A stretch of 63,990 bases of DNA, counting the filler, from Lenisia limosa (lineage: Eukaryota; Protista; Breviatea): the NCBI GenBank assembly GCA_001655205.1. It is 17 parts of 17 records of this genome, joined end to end, with 100 filler letters (N's around TTAATTAATTAA, not from the genome) between each part and the next. Parts side by side here need not be neighbours in the genome. Positions count along the whole stretch, not along the records: positions 1 to 12,324 come from LPNZ01011038.1; positions 12,425 to 15,463 come from LPNZ01010641.1; 15 more parts are not named here. One strand, 5' to 3'. A program made the translations under genes and the position numbers. Each line of letters starts with the position of its first letter. Positions within the stretch are counted from its first letter, which is position 1. Shown here piece after piece: positions 1 through 12,546 of the stretch. The notes under the pieces are model-generated. The model saw only the letters and a program-made list of their open reading frames with translations. It was not told the origin of the DNA and searched no databases.

Positions 1-610
1 ACCGCGTAGCTGGTAGTGCTACGAGGAAACTACACATAATGACGCAATAGGTGGGAGGTACGTAAAGGTAATACTAGCAAAACAGTAGTAGTATGGACTT
101 GAATTGTGGGTGAAAAGGCGCGCAAAAAGAAGTATCCGGTGAATGCGTTTTATATGGGCCCTATATGCATTTGTAATGGTAAGATGAACATGAAAACGGG
201 CAGTCTGGAGAGAGAAGAATTGAGGAGGACAAGACTCCTGAAAGAGTCCCATAAATATGAAGGTCTGACGCCGCTTACAAGAGTTTTTAAAGCAAACTAA
301 AGTGTTTTTAGACCGGAATAGAACGGAACTCTTGAGGGGGTGAACCAAAGAGCGTTGATCTCGAGACTGTGATGGTGAATTGCCTACCGCTTACCGAATT
401 TACAATAATAAATACACTGACTAACTAAAACCGATGATAGAGACTTTGAAACCGTAAACGATAAAATTCTGTACGAGACCATAATTGTATAGTATTTTAC
501 CCTTAAGGCACCACCCCGTGGCGAGCTGATCCACACTTTTCAATGTTGCATCTCAATTTGTAAAAAAACCTTCCAACAAGATCTTGTGCTGATCTGTCTC
601 GAAAATTGAA

Positions 611-734
611 TTTCTGTAAAAGCCTTACTGAGACATTTTTTTAACTTGTTTTTATAATTTTATTGTATGTATGTAGCTTTTGGTTTAAATTTTGTTGAAA
701 TAGCCGGGTTAAAGTGGAGAAAATAATAATTTAC
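611..734 (-). repeat. ~125-bp dispersed repeat, second copy at 17750-17876 (+)
   Basis: Minus strand GTAAATTATTATTTTCTCCACTTTAACCCGGCTATTTCAACAAAATTTAAACCAAAAGCTACATACATACAATAAAATTATAAAAACAAGTTAAAAAATGTCTCAGTAAGGC aligns by eye along its length with 17750-17876. Confidence 0.85.
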
Positions 735-2420
735 AGCATAAATAAGTAAGATAGGACAAGGGGCAACGTACCGTTTGAGGGCTTTGTGGGCTTTTTCTTC
801 TTCAGTTTCAGCAACCCTCCTTGCTGTATATGGGCCAACATAGAAGATCAGCTTCCAGCATAACAGATATTTCACAGATATTCAGCTTTCTGGTTTTCCG
901 TATTCATCATCACACCCGCTTTATACCATTGAGCATCTTGCGTGGCCTTGGCTCCTTTTTCCGAGTCGTGCTTCTTTATTCTACAGAGTTATTAAATTAT
1001 CAATGATTCTAATACTATTAGAAACAATTTCACAACGTGTCTGTCACCACCAAACCATAGTTCGCTGGTATCGAAACTGATGCATCTCGGTGTGAACTCT
1101 CAGAAACAAGACCATCTGGTTGGGGGTGATAATTCATCAATATGTTTCGATAATTTGTGCTGTATTAATTATTATCAGACATTGACAAGGCTCAGTAATG
1201 ACACTTATGGCATCGTGCAGAGCTTGCAACTCGCAAGTAAGCATTTTGTTTCTAAATTTGGTCAGATATTGTGACAAGAAAATCAACGATGCACAACAGG
1301 TTGAGTTTGATCATTTCTATCATAACTGTACTTTATTGGTGTTTTTGTATACCATACGGACAAAAGATATCATTACCTTTGCAGAAAAATTGCTGTTTGA
1401 TATTGCTGAAATATTTACACAAATTATTTGGTCAAATATAAACAGTGTTGAGGAAAGCAAAGCAATATTACGACAACATCACTCTAAGCTCTACGTAGAT
1501 CTCCCAACAACAATCACACAAAACAAAGGATATACTTACGATTTCCATTTGGTAAAGACAGCAGAGCATGTTGTAGTCTGCTATCACTGTGTTTCGCTTG
1601 AAGGCAGGCGCAGTCGCAAGACTAAACCAGAAAACTGCTCTCCGACATGGAGGTAGAGAGCAGCGAGTGTTTGGTGGTTGGCCTGGAGTTCGGAACTGAC
1701 AATAGCAAGAAACAATAATCTCGCGGCAATAGACATTGTCGAATATGTATTCTTCAAATAGTGACCACAGGAAGTGCAGTTTTCAGAAATATACAGGAAA
1801 GCATAACGGAAACCAACCTTAATGTTCACTATGATCCGTCTTCCTCTTCTGAAACAGGAGCTGCATCGTTGTTTATTCTTTGCGGACTGGAAGAGCAACA
1901 GATAGGACAAGAGCAATCACCAAATAAATCATCCTTGGGGGTAGTGATGCATCTATTCCTGTGTGTAACACCACGTTTCTTTGGGTATTTGACAGCTATT
2001 CTAAGCAGACAATGCATAGGGTAGGCTGGAAAGGAGAAGACATAGTTGTTGAAGCACTCGGGTTGTAATTTATCAACGTGTATCATCAAAAACAATGTAA
2101 ACTCAACAATTAACACTTTTAGCTGCTTCTTCAGTGATGCAATGGCAGATCAGTAGCTGATCAGAGCAGGATCTGTGACACGTCATAATTTTTCATTCCA
2201 ATCTCGGTTTAAAATGCTTATCAGGGAATATGAGCCCAACAGTTAGATGGGTTCTCTCTCTTCCTCTCTGCTTCTCTTCAAATGTTTAACAACAGCTTTG
2301 ATTATATGTTACATCACTATTAATTGGACTCCCGCTTTAAAAAACCGGTTGCTACCAAGTGTTTTTTTTCTCTTTTTTTGGCCTTATTGAACATTATCCA
2401 CTAAGTTTAATTTCCCCGCA
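660..2420 (-). CDS. Putative multi-exon gene(s), product unknown; boundaries approximate
   Basis: Open exon-like segments such as KLHFLWSLFEEYIFDNVYCREIIVSCYCQFR...NMLCCLYQMEI end at a GTAAG donor (about 1538). No family recognised. Confidence 0.3.
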
Positions 2421-3988
2421 TCCCGAAATCAGTAACTTATAAATATCTAGAAGTGGTCAAATTCACAATGTGTGAAAAACTGTTGCTTGTATTTTGTCAA
2501 TAATAGCCCATTGGGTTGATATATGCGCCACACAGGGATTGCTACTGGAGTCGTCTAATGGTTTGATTTGTTCTTAATTATCTTATATATATGATTGTTT
2601 AGAGCAGCTACAATGAAGAAGGCAACTTACTTGTCTTGTTTGCCAACTTTTTCTTCGCTGAGGGTGTATTGTCTCTCTACTTTACGTTTAATATAGTATG
2701 TGAATGTTGTAGGGATTTCTTACACTTTTAATAAGCGCTAACACGAATATGTACTCATTACTAAACAATGATAAATTATTTTGACCAAGCAGGCCTCATC
2801 ATTTCAAGAGCTTGTGTAATGTTTGTTGAAATGCACTATAAGGAAAATTAATAGTATGGAAACTTTGGCAAATCTGCTTTTAACAAAAATGCATTCTTGA
2901 AAATGAAGCACTATTGGGATAATTGATTGTAAAAAAAGAGAACTTTGCTTTTTAACAAAATAATTGGAACCACAAGACAGATATTGATGTCACAGCCAAC
3001 TGGGTGTGATAAATCAACATGCATCAATACAAACCTAAGCATTGGAACAGTGATACGAATAAGTTGGAAGACCCTAAGTCAGAGAGTAAAAAGTATAATA
3101 TGGCTAAGAGGACTATGTTGTAAAAGGGCAAAAGAAAACATGAAATTGACAAAAAAACGTATAGGCCAATAACAACAAAAGGGGGTGGGGTAAAAAAGGT
3201 AGAGACTAGTCACAACCAGGTGATGTTAACTGAGTCTGTAGTCCCACCACCGCTTGATCACCCAGTAACATAAAAAGAGAGGCATGGTAAGATTACCATT
3301 TTAAAAAACAAAATTTGGTTCTTTTAGGTAATCTTTGAGTGAGTAGGCAATGAAATCATTGCTTCAAAAATATCAAATCATAAGATATCAAACACTACCT
3401 CCTGATAATAGCTTGAATTAGGCCAGTGTCTACTTGAAGAAGACTTGTCAACATCTCTGATGTTGTGTGAGATGCAGAAGTAGCTTAAAAATCTCAAATG
3501 GGTTTCAAATTGCCTCCCAATCACCAACACTCAGAAATTTAAAGGTTCAGACTTGACAAGGTGCAAGAATCTTGTTTTTGCTCTTGTTTGTATTTTCTCA
3601 ATGATATAACAACAAGAAACTGACACAAAACCACATCCCTCTATGTAATGCTAACAAATGTCATTTCAATTTTCATCAAACATCAAGGATTGTGTTGGGA
3701 TAATACAGAATGTGATGGAGGAATGGATTCAGATTCACACTATTTAAAGTGCAAATTTAAACCTACGCAGCATTCAACAGAAACAAAAACCAACCCTTCC
3801 TTTCAGAATTTCAAATTCTTTAAATAAGGAGTGCTATATAAGAAATGACCCTCTTACTTAATAGACATTAAGTTGAAGACAACAGAACAATTAAAAAGAG
3901 GCCACTCTTACTTTTTCACTAAAGAGTTTTCTAATATAATAGTTGCTATTATATTTTTATGATTGTTATTTTTGTGTTAGGGTTTTAG

Positions 3989-4279
3989 AAGTTGTCAGTT
4001 CATCTACCAGCTTCTTCAACGTAATTATTTTAATTCAGAAATAGTGCTTACGCCGTGCAGAATTTGGAAGGTCCTCTCAGCAAGGAGTGCTTTGACGAAG
4101 CCAAGAAGTGCGACGTCCACCTCAAGAAGATCGCTTACGACACCTGTCCTCATGTCTCGACTGCGATTGCCGACGTTTCAGATACTTGTTGAGAACGGGT
4201 TGGAAGTAAGCTGAGTTGGGAAATTCTTTTTCACGACATACTTCAGTCTTTGGCAATTGGGTTTCTCCACCGCGAATAA
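3989..4279 (+). CDS. Putative 3' exons of an unknown gene
   Basis: Removing three short GT-AG introns (24, 28 and 41 nt) gives KLSVHLPASSTAYAVQNLEGPLSKECFDEAKKCDVHLKKIAYDTCPHILVENGLESLAIGFLHRE*, with coding-like C-ending codons. Confidence 0.35.
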
Positions 4280-5259
4280 CTGATTGCCAGTACTTGTACA
4301 GGGGATTGGTCAAAATATTAGGGATTACTTTTTCTCGTTTCCATGATTCAATGAAAAATTATTTAACATGGTACCATATTTCGTGGCGTCACCTTAGAAG
4401 TATCGCCAAAATAGAATCCTGAATTATTAAAGTTTTTATTTTTACTCTTGGTGACAAGATCCTGCAATCCGTGATATACGTCCAGACTGAAGACAACCAC
4501 ATAGAGGACAGCAATGACTTATTGACCTCTTATCAAGTAGCGATGGTATGTGGTTTATGAAATCGAACAATGCTCGATTAATGTTAACGGGAACCCTTTN
4601 NNNNNNNNNTCAGTGGACCTTCGGTAGTCCTCAAGCCTTCAGCCTCAGGTTGGTACTGTTACTATGAAGCGCATCTTTTCACCATCTAGTTCCTTCGGAT
4701 GATAAATGCAGTGTGTTTCTTGGAGTGACGAGCCTGAAGACTATATTGGAGTATGCTTCCGGTTCATTACTGCATACTAATATGTGTTTAGAAATTCTGA
4801 ATTCTGGTTTTTAGGGTCGAAGTTTCAAAGTTTTTTGGTTGGTTTTGTTCAATTCTTTTGTATGATAATATTGTCTTTTTACAATACTATGTGATTCACG
4901 AAACATGAGACTTATTGAACAATAGGTTGTGCTTTTGTCTCGTTGAATATGTGAATATGTGAATATGTTGACACGGTGATATAGTATTATAAAGGGAGGG
5001 CTGGCCATGATAACGGAGATGGATCAAGCTATACCTATGCGGAGAAGTCAACATCACTACCTCCAGGGAAACTGCACTTGATTGCCTGAAGGAGGAATGA
5101 AGCAACCAATACAACAGGCATTCAATACACTGTAACCCAAGACCTGGAAAATGACATCAATCAAACCACAACCCTTATTTAAGAAATTAGGAAGAAAATT
5201 AAACGCCGCACACCACTAAAATATAATCAAATAATACCCCTCCACCACCACCAAACGTA

Positions 5260-6442
5260 CAAACCAACACTTACTTTCGCGATATCCTTTGTTGGGATTC
5301 TCTTGTTACCCTGCCATGAATTTTCAGTCCCTATTGAAATAAACAAATCAAATTCAAAACTCCCTACTTTTCGGAGAGATTTCCACCTCGACATTTAGAG
5401 ATGCCGGCGAGAGCAGACATGAACGATTTGTCGTTTTGACAGGCTTCCTTGTCACCCAGTGTCTCCGTGAAATTCGAAGATAAGTCGGCCGCAACCCAAG
5501 CGTACAGTGCTTTGGCTTCCTTTTCGGAACTGCATGTCTTTGAAATCGCAGTAACACTATTAAACGTCAAAATATAGGACACAGTATGTTTTTTTATGAC
5601 GTTAAAAGTGTGAAAAATGCTCACTGCTCAGTATTGGCGCCACGCCAATGGTACAACTTCCTCGTTTTTTGGCAACACCTTGGGGGCTAGGCAGTTTTCG
5701 GGAAGGGTTGCAGCCGTTTCGTCTGAAATCCACTTGTTCCGAGTTCCATCGGGGAGAATAGACGGAATTTTGCCAGTTTCAGGGTCGATTTGTGGAAGGC
5801 CCAATTTGTTCAGAAGTTCCTCCTCAGTCATGACATCGAACTCGAGGCCAGCAAGGCAGTCAGGAGCTCCATAGCGGTCAAGACGTTCAACCATCAACTT
5901 CTGATACTTTTTCAGTATGTTCGGTGCGTCAAGCATTTCGTGGAACAAAGCCTTCCTATCTTTTTTTGGCATCCCCTTGAAGTCAAAATCCCCAGGAGGG
6001 GTGCCACCAACACTTCTGCCTTTCCATAAATCGCGGCCAATTTTCTCAATATTGGGGTCATCAGGATGAACAAGCATGGGATCACCATCTTCCCAGCCAA
6101 AGTACTTCTTGATCTGCATTTTCCTTAATGTGACTATAATCATAGTTCTTCCTTTTCCGACTCTTCCATAATCTCTTTTTCCTTATGTTTATCATGATCA
6201 ACAAACGCATCTTCTTTGGCTTCTTCCTCCAGCTCTCCGAGATATTTTTCTGATTTCTCTTCCTCGTGAGTCCCAAGATCCTCTTCTGACTTCTCCTCTT
6301 CTGTCATCTCGCTGGTGGTTTCGTATTCTGAAGACTCTTCTTCGCTTTCGTCTTTAATCGCTTGCTTGAGTTTGACGAAGGCATCCAGGCCAGCATCTAC
6401 TGGGAGTGATCGACGGACACTCTCTGGCCGTGGGGACTCCAT
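5260..6442 (-). CDS. Multi-exon protein with acidic N-terminus and possible transglutaminase-like (Cyk3/KY-type) C-terminal region; 3' end not defined
   Basis: ORFs 6140-6442, 5628-6143 and 5364-5624 join into one frame if short GT-AG introns (38 nt, 22 nt and a GTGAGC intron) are removed. EKEAKALYAWVAADL...TLGDKEAC resembles the KARAIYxWIAxNI...TLxxxKxVC segment of that family, but the catalytic HAW is seen as NSW. Confidence 0.45.
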
Positions 6443-6589
6443 CTCAGTCCATAACTACAGGGTTAACTAAATGTAACCAATGTCCACCCCCTTCCTCCCC
6501 CGTTGTTGAACGTTAGGAAGCGAAAAAAATATATCAGTTGTGAGATGATACTATTAATAACGCTTGTATATGTGATGATGTGAAACAAA

Positions 6590-7100
6590 TAAAGATACCG
6601 TCAATGTTGGAGGCCCACCTCATGGGGAAGGGGAAACGACTGGAGGATATCAAGAGCCCTGTTCTGGATGTTGTCAACTTCAAAACCAAGACCTTCTTCT
6701 CTGTGTAAACGTTGTTTTCGGGGCAGGAGACAGACTACGCGAATCTATTGGTAGCACGAAGGTGAAAACTTCTGTCTAGTGTATTTGGCGTTGAAGAGTG
6801 ATCCACCCTCAATTGCTGAATGTTGCGGACTTGCGTAAAAGAGCAGGTTCTTGTCTGCTAAAAATGACATTTTGGCCATGAAGGGCAAGGCAGGTTGAAC
6901 TGGAACATAGGAGGATTAATTATATGATGATGGGGTCTGCCCAGTTAGTGTATGGAAGCGCTTTCGAGAATCAAGCTCTACATGGGAATGTAAACGCTTC
7001 AGTCCTTCACCATATTCATACGGAGAGTCAGAAGAGTCACTTTGGGAAGAGGAATCTAACAGAGACTTAGTCATAGAATTGAAATAGTTCATGGCCAAAA
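6590..7100 (-). CDS. Putative gene fragment, product unknown
   Basis: Long near-open frame (...VQPALPFMAKMSFLADKNLLFYASPQH...GFEVDNIQNRALDILQSFPLPHEVGLQH*) interrupted by two stops. Exon structure unresolved. Confidence 0.25.
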
Positions 7101-7899
7101 AGGTAATTTTGAGAACAATAACTGTTCATGTAATTATACAGTTATGAAAGCCGACATACTTTGTCTTTAGAGGACAGAGTCATTGTGCCTGAAACGACTG
7201 GATCTTCAAATAAGAGCATCTTTCAAATATTTCTCATTACCTCCTCTGATCTCTGGACACTCTGACTTTGCTCTGACTTTTTTTTACAAAAAAACAATAA
7301 CGAGCTCTGACAACGAGACAACAAAACAAAAAATGACAAAAAGCGGATTGAAAAGCGTTCCTGATCCGCCGCCGGGTCTTCCTCTGGTTCCAGAAAATCG
7401 GAGTGAGACCCGCCGGCGAACAGGGAAGACCTGACGAGAAGTATAATTTATATACATGGGGTTGTTCACCTCTTCGTTGTTTACAACCAAGACACAGTGC
7501 ACTAAAAACACCTGCTGCTGAGACATTGTCGCGCAGGCAGTGCCTCAGCATTGCCCCATTATTGCGTTTCTGAGGAAGAATGTGCGAGTGTTGGAAATTG
7601 GGATTACTATGATTGACTGATGACTGATTGATAGATTGATGATTGACAAGTCCCCGACAAAACAAGTTTTTCAGCCGATCAGATTCTCAGATTCAGATCA
7701 GATTATATTATTATCATTTTATTATCACAATCACATTATCCCAGTATTCAGGCAGCTTTCACTCCAAACTCCGAAACAAAAAAATCAAACAATATATTAA
7801 CATCCTGCATCTCATAATAATCACAACTAACAAAAAACCCACTTCATTATCCCGATCTACCAACGCTCTTTGTTTTGAGAGTTCCCATTGAAAAGACGT

Positions 7900-8720
7900 C
7901 CATCAGATTATTTTCACGACACGTTTTCTTTGCATTGAAAATAAGAGCCTCTAAAGTTTTCCTGAAGAGTCAACCCAGTAATGGCACTTACTTCAAGAGA
8001 GGAATATACTGGAATAATGATAAAAGGTGCTCCTTTTCCTTTGCCCCTGCACATAGATGTTGAAGTAATTTACAAGATTAGATTGAGTGTTCCCTGAAAG
8101 AGACTTACCTTGTAGTTTTTTGAATGTTTTTTTAACACGACTTCAAACATTACAATGTGTGACCTGACATATAGTCCAACTATTTCAAATCTTGGCGAAA
8201 ACAGGTCAACAAACACCTTGGACTGCCGGACCACCACCATCAAAATTGTTCCTTTCGTCAACTTATCTTTACAAAGGCAAATGAAACTCCATCAAACTTT
8301 TTGTCAGGCTTTTCTTTGGGGAAAATATTGTTAAAGTCAAAATCCAAAGCCGCTTTAACAGTAGAATGGAACACGTCCGTGACTTCAACGATAGCCTGAA
8401 GGTTATGTGACACAAAAAATGAAATGGAAAATAAAAAGGGGAGTAGAACGTCGAAGTAGTTCAATATATCTCGTTTATTAGGGGTGTTTGAGAATAATAC
8501 AAATTAACCCCATTTGCCTTTGCAAATGGACAAACCTGCATAGGATAAGACACACGACACACATACTGAGGAGGAGATGTGGAAAAGGAGGAGGGTTGGG
8601 GCGAGGATGGAAAAGATCTGAAAAGACCCGTCCGTGGCATGGCGATCAATAGGAAAGGCGAGAGCCATTGGCGGCAGTTTAGATGATGGACACCAAACTG
8701 CGTATCTACAGTGTGACAAC
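7900..8720 (-). CDS. Putative multi-exon gene, product unknown
   Basis: Exon-like segments LPPMALAFPIDRHATDGSFQIFSILAPTLLLFHISSS (GTATGT donor), AIVEVTDVFHSTVKAALDFDFNNIFPKEKPDKKFDG and VGLYVRSHIVMFEVVLKKHSKNYK (GTAAGT donor). Confidence 0.35.
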
Positions 8721-9546
8721 TATTTCCAAAGCGTTCACTAACTGTTTCAAGACGTAAGACTCAGGGGTCCGGATAAAAAAAGCTGAAACATTAGACAAGC
8801 AAGAGACAGACAATTTAATTTCTCAGCCATGCACTCGACAAGGCGATTGTGGAGACATTGTCCATTTGACTCTGATAGAAGAACTGCTAATTCTTGGCAG
8901 AGAAGTGCCCACTGACTCTGATTAAGAAGAGCGCGTGAAAAAGAGAGACAGTTTATGAAGCCAAAAATATAATAGAAATATTGAAAATTCACAAGATCAC
9001 CTTGCGGTTTCCAACAGTCTGGGACGAGAAGTGATTTATTTCAGAACTTAAAAATTTGCCAGCGTGAAGTTTGATGGTTGTCCCAAAGTGTCAGCATTGA
9101 CAACATTTTAAAATAAGTGCCTTGAACTTATTTACATTTTGTGTATAAAGGGATGATGTAATATTAAGATGTACATATCTATAGCATTTCAACCCTCAAC
9201 CTGAATGCCCTTCTCTTCTCATCAGTCGATTCGGGTGGGTTAGGGATGACTGGACCTAAACCAACGGGAAGGGGGAGTGGTTGGGCTTGTCTCTAATTTG
9301 GTATTCTTCAAAGGATTCCGTTATAAAAAGGGTATAAAACCATTCTTACGAGATGATTACCAGTAGAGTCGTATCGTCTTTAAATCAGCCCCAATTTTAC
9401 TTCCTTTTTTACTTTCCTGTTACTTTGCTGAATAAATCTGGACTTAAATAGTGATAGTAAAGAACTCACAAGTATTTCCTTGCGCTTCCAGTGATAGCCT
9501 AAAAACATCTCAAATTGTGATGGCGATTTGGTTGGAAACCATATAT

Positions 9547-9577
<31 letters not shown>

Positions 9578-9699
9578 CAATTTCAATGCTTCATCAGTCC
9601 AACTTTGGATTGCAAAGCGACAGGGAAGGGAAAAGTCCGGCTTAAAGAGTTCTAATTTACTGTGGACGCGACTCAGATGGTAACAAAACTTGTTGAAAT

Positions 9700-10620
9700 A
9701 ATGTTTTCTCTATATTACTGCGGAATACTAAAAAGAATGCCAAATAAAGAGATAACTATTCAAAAAAATTATAAAAAATCATTGACATCACAAGAAAAAT
9801 CTTCAGAGATCCGAGATCATGCCTGGTACCGCTCATCCCCGGACCCATTAACAAATACCACCCACCTCAAATGAGGTCAAAGGGATGCACTTATTGAAAC
9901 GCCCCACTCCATTCGGGAATTGGATATGAGGGCTTCCTATCTCAAAGCCATCCATCATAATCTCGGCAAAGATCGTATTATTCCTTGGTTGTGAAATGAC
10001 GAGGCTTACACGAAAAAAAAAACAAAACAAAAACATCATTGTCTCATACCCCGATTGAACGCTCACGGCGTAGTTGACCATTCTTGTAACTTCCTTTTTC
10101 CCAAAGGAAGCATAATCGAAGTCCCTAAATGAGAAAACATTTGCTGTTGCAAGCCTAGGAGATCAGTGAAACCGGACTCCGAGATGGGTCTTAAAGAAAA
10201 ATATTATTACACTTGTACAATATAGTGACTGTAAATCTCATTTTATGCCTTTTGTTCTTCTATAATGTGAACGGTCAAAATTGGATGATCCTCAAAAATC
10301 AAGAGAATGGCATTTTTTTTCATTATAAAAAAGACAAAAGGTGATACTGTTAGACCCATAAAATGATGCCATATATATATCTGAGATACATACACATTAC
10401 GGTTTGCAAGAACTCGGCCAATGAAGTTACCTTTTTGTGAATCTACACATTCCTTATCACTTAGGAAGAATAAAACTGGAAAGTGACAAGATTTTCGTCG
10501 TGCTCATCCAAAGATATCCTAACCTAACATCATTAGAATAGTGGAAGAGAAGTAAACATCTTATTGTTTGGGAAGAGCAGAGGCTACGCAACAGGCAAGC
10601 ACAGCAACACAAAATCAAGA
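9700..10620 (-). CDS. Putative multi-exon gene, possibly a DxD-type glycosyltransferase
   Basis: Spliced DFDYASFGKKEVTRMVNYAVSVQSG|LVISQPRNNTIFAEIM...MGPGM has DxD, GxxxSxPxxxxF and GPG in the order seen in GT32-like enzymes. Resemblance is weak. Confidence 0.25.
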
Positions 10621-10797
10621 GAGATATAGTGACACTGTCGAAACAGATGATCTTTTGAAATCAGAATCGAAGGATGGGGCACCCGAAAGCATTTGTGTAA
10701 TCTATAATTTGAAGATTTATGGATAGTTTAGGGTGGTACGGTAAACCCTATGACGACTAACCCCCATTTGTTTTTATACGAAAAACTACATTGAAAT

Positions 10798-11557
10798 TTA
10801 GTTATTGAATCGCTTGTAAGCTTCTTTCTGTGCTGAAATGTAAAAACTAAAAAAAAAACAAACCTGAAGACTTCTTCACAGCAGACATCTTAACTTTCTT
10901 CATTTGACGTTTACGCTGAAGAGACTGGGGCGTAATTAATCGCTGGATTTTGGGGGCTTTAGTAACAGTTTGTCCAGTCAAGAATAAAAAAAATTAACCG
11001 AACTTTCTTTGAAATAGAACGCCTGATAACATACTTCCTAACATCCTCATCTTTACTCAAGTTAAACAGCTTCCTGATATTATTGGCCCTTTTGGGACCA
11101 AGACGCTGAGCCACAACTCCATCAGTAAGTCCAGGAATAGCTACAGAGCCTTTTTTAACAATGACGCAAGAGAGTACAGAGAGGTCAGCCCCTGTAATAC
11201 AACCTCTAACACTTTTCCTTCTTCTTTCTCCTTGACGCCTTGCACGGTAACATTTATGACGACTGTCAAGAAGCAACCGAACTCGTCTATTTGTCAAGAT
11301 ACCCTGAAATATTAGTTAACAAAGGTTCTTACTTGCATCATTGGAAATCCTTGTTTGTCATTTCCTCCAGAAATTTTGAGAACATATCCAGAAAATTCAT
11401 CTCCAAGACTGTCAGCTTGAACTTCAGCAGAAATGCGTTTTTCCATAAATGGAGCACTGAACTGTCAAAAAAAAATATCATCTTACATTTTAATTTCGTC
11501 AAGTACTTCGATAAGCTTTTGCTTACCAGATGAGGGATCGGCAATATTAAATTTCAT
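10798..11557 (-). CDS. RPS6: 40S ribosomal protein S6 (eS6), 5 exons
   Basis: [18 protein letters not shown]...[41 protein letters not shown]...RRKSVRGCI...[29 protein letters not shown]...[12 protein letters not shown]...*. Introns at 11457-11486 (30 nt), 11304-11332 (29), 10979-11003 (25, ends TG) and 10833-10863 (31). Confidence 0.97.
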
Positions 11558-11789
11558 TTTTAAAAGAGGGTTCGTTTCAAAAACACTCTTTTTATATACT
11601 GATATGGTTCAGTTCGGTTCAGTTCGTTTTATTGATTCCGTGAATTTATAATAATTATTATTTGGATTATTAGTATTTGTTTTCCTCTTCGTGTTAAAAT
11701 AAGCCTTTCCCCTTTTTCTTTTAAATCGGTTGGTGATGTGGTTTAAATGGCTGGGTTTTGATGCCTGTCTCATTTTATTTTAGGAACAA
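11558..11789. promoter_or_regulatory. Putative bidirectional promoter between RPS6 and RPL22
   Basis: 232 bp separate the two divergent start codons. Contains tandem GGTTCAGTTC x2 (11606-11625). Confidence 0.5.
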
Positions 11790-12171
11790 ATGGCAGTTAA
11801 ATCTAAAGTATCAGAAAGGGTTTATTCCATTGACTGCCAGGAAGCAGTTAAGGAAGAAATTTTTGACATTGTTGCATTTGTAAGTGCTAGTGAATATTTT
11901 GATGCACTAATTCTCTTAGGAAAAATATTTAAATGACAAAATTAAAATTAACAACTCAACTCATAATTTGTCTGGAAAAGTTAAAGTGTCTGTAGAAAAA
12001 GCAAAGGTCAATATTGTTTGCAGCTGTGCTTTTTCCAAGCGGCAGTTGAAGTATCTCTCGAGGAAGTTCCTTAAAATGCAACAGTTAAGAAATTTTTTGA
12101 GAATTGTTTCTTCTTCTGAAATGTCTTATGAAGTGAAATTCTTCAATTTTAACAAAGAAGAAGATGAGTAA
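11790..12171 (+). CDS. RPL22: 60S ribosomal protein L22 (eL22), 2 exons
   Basis: MAVKSKVSERVYSIDCQEAVKEEIFDIVAF|EKYLNDKIKINNSTHNLSGKVKV...FSKRQLKYLSRKFLKMQQLRNFLRIVSSSEMSYEVKFFNFNKEEDE* (TAA). 40-nt intron 11880-11919, GTAAGT...CTAA...TAG. Confidence 0.93.
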
Positions 12172-12324
12172 TTTGTTGTGAATGTAAATGAAGTGTTCCA
12201 AATTCAAAGGGTTTTCTCTCATGAAGCGTTTGACCTCCTTTAGATCTATGCTTTTTCTTACTACAAGGGAGCTCGAAAGGGTCACCAAATCTAAGCTTTT
12301 TTTGTATAGGTGACCATACATAAC

Positions 12325-12424
12325 NNNNNNNNNNNNNNNNNNNNNNNNNNNNNNNNNNNNNNNNNNNNTTAATTAATTAANNNNNNNNNNNNNNNNNNNN
12401 NNNNNNNNNNNNNNNNNNNNNNNN
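12325..12424. other. Artificial scaffold linker (44 N + TTAATTAATTAA + 44 N), first of 16
   Basis: The same six-frame-stop 12-mer inside N runs starts at 12369, 15508, 25740, 31156, 33462, 34674, 36317, 39097, 41672, 46396, 47972, 49299, 56860, 58695, 60868 and 62482. It splits the window into 17 independent scaffolds. Confidence 0.98.
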
Positions 12425-12500
12425 TGATGATAAAGGTGATGATGATGATGATGGTGGTGATGATGATGATAAAGGTGATGATGAAGAAGAAGATGATGAT
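12425..12500. repeat. (TGA)n-like microsatellite at scaffold start
   Basis: GATGATGAT/GGTGAT runs; similar CAT-rich runs at 33190-33250 and 62775-62810. Confidence 0.85.
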
Positions 12501-12546
12501 GGTGGAGGTAGTGGTGATCATAAACTGCTCCCCCCCCCCCCATTAC

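Noticed and set aside
4216-4422. YLYRG motif suggesting an ADP-ribosyltransferase
   Set aside because: An isolated 5-residue match in a frame that the best splice model does not use, with no other ART motifs.
6140-6143. ATGA stop-start overlap suggesting prokaryote-like translational coupling
   Set aside because: A 38-nt GT-AG intron joins the two ORFs, which fits the intron-rich context better.
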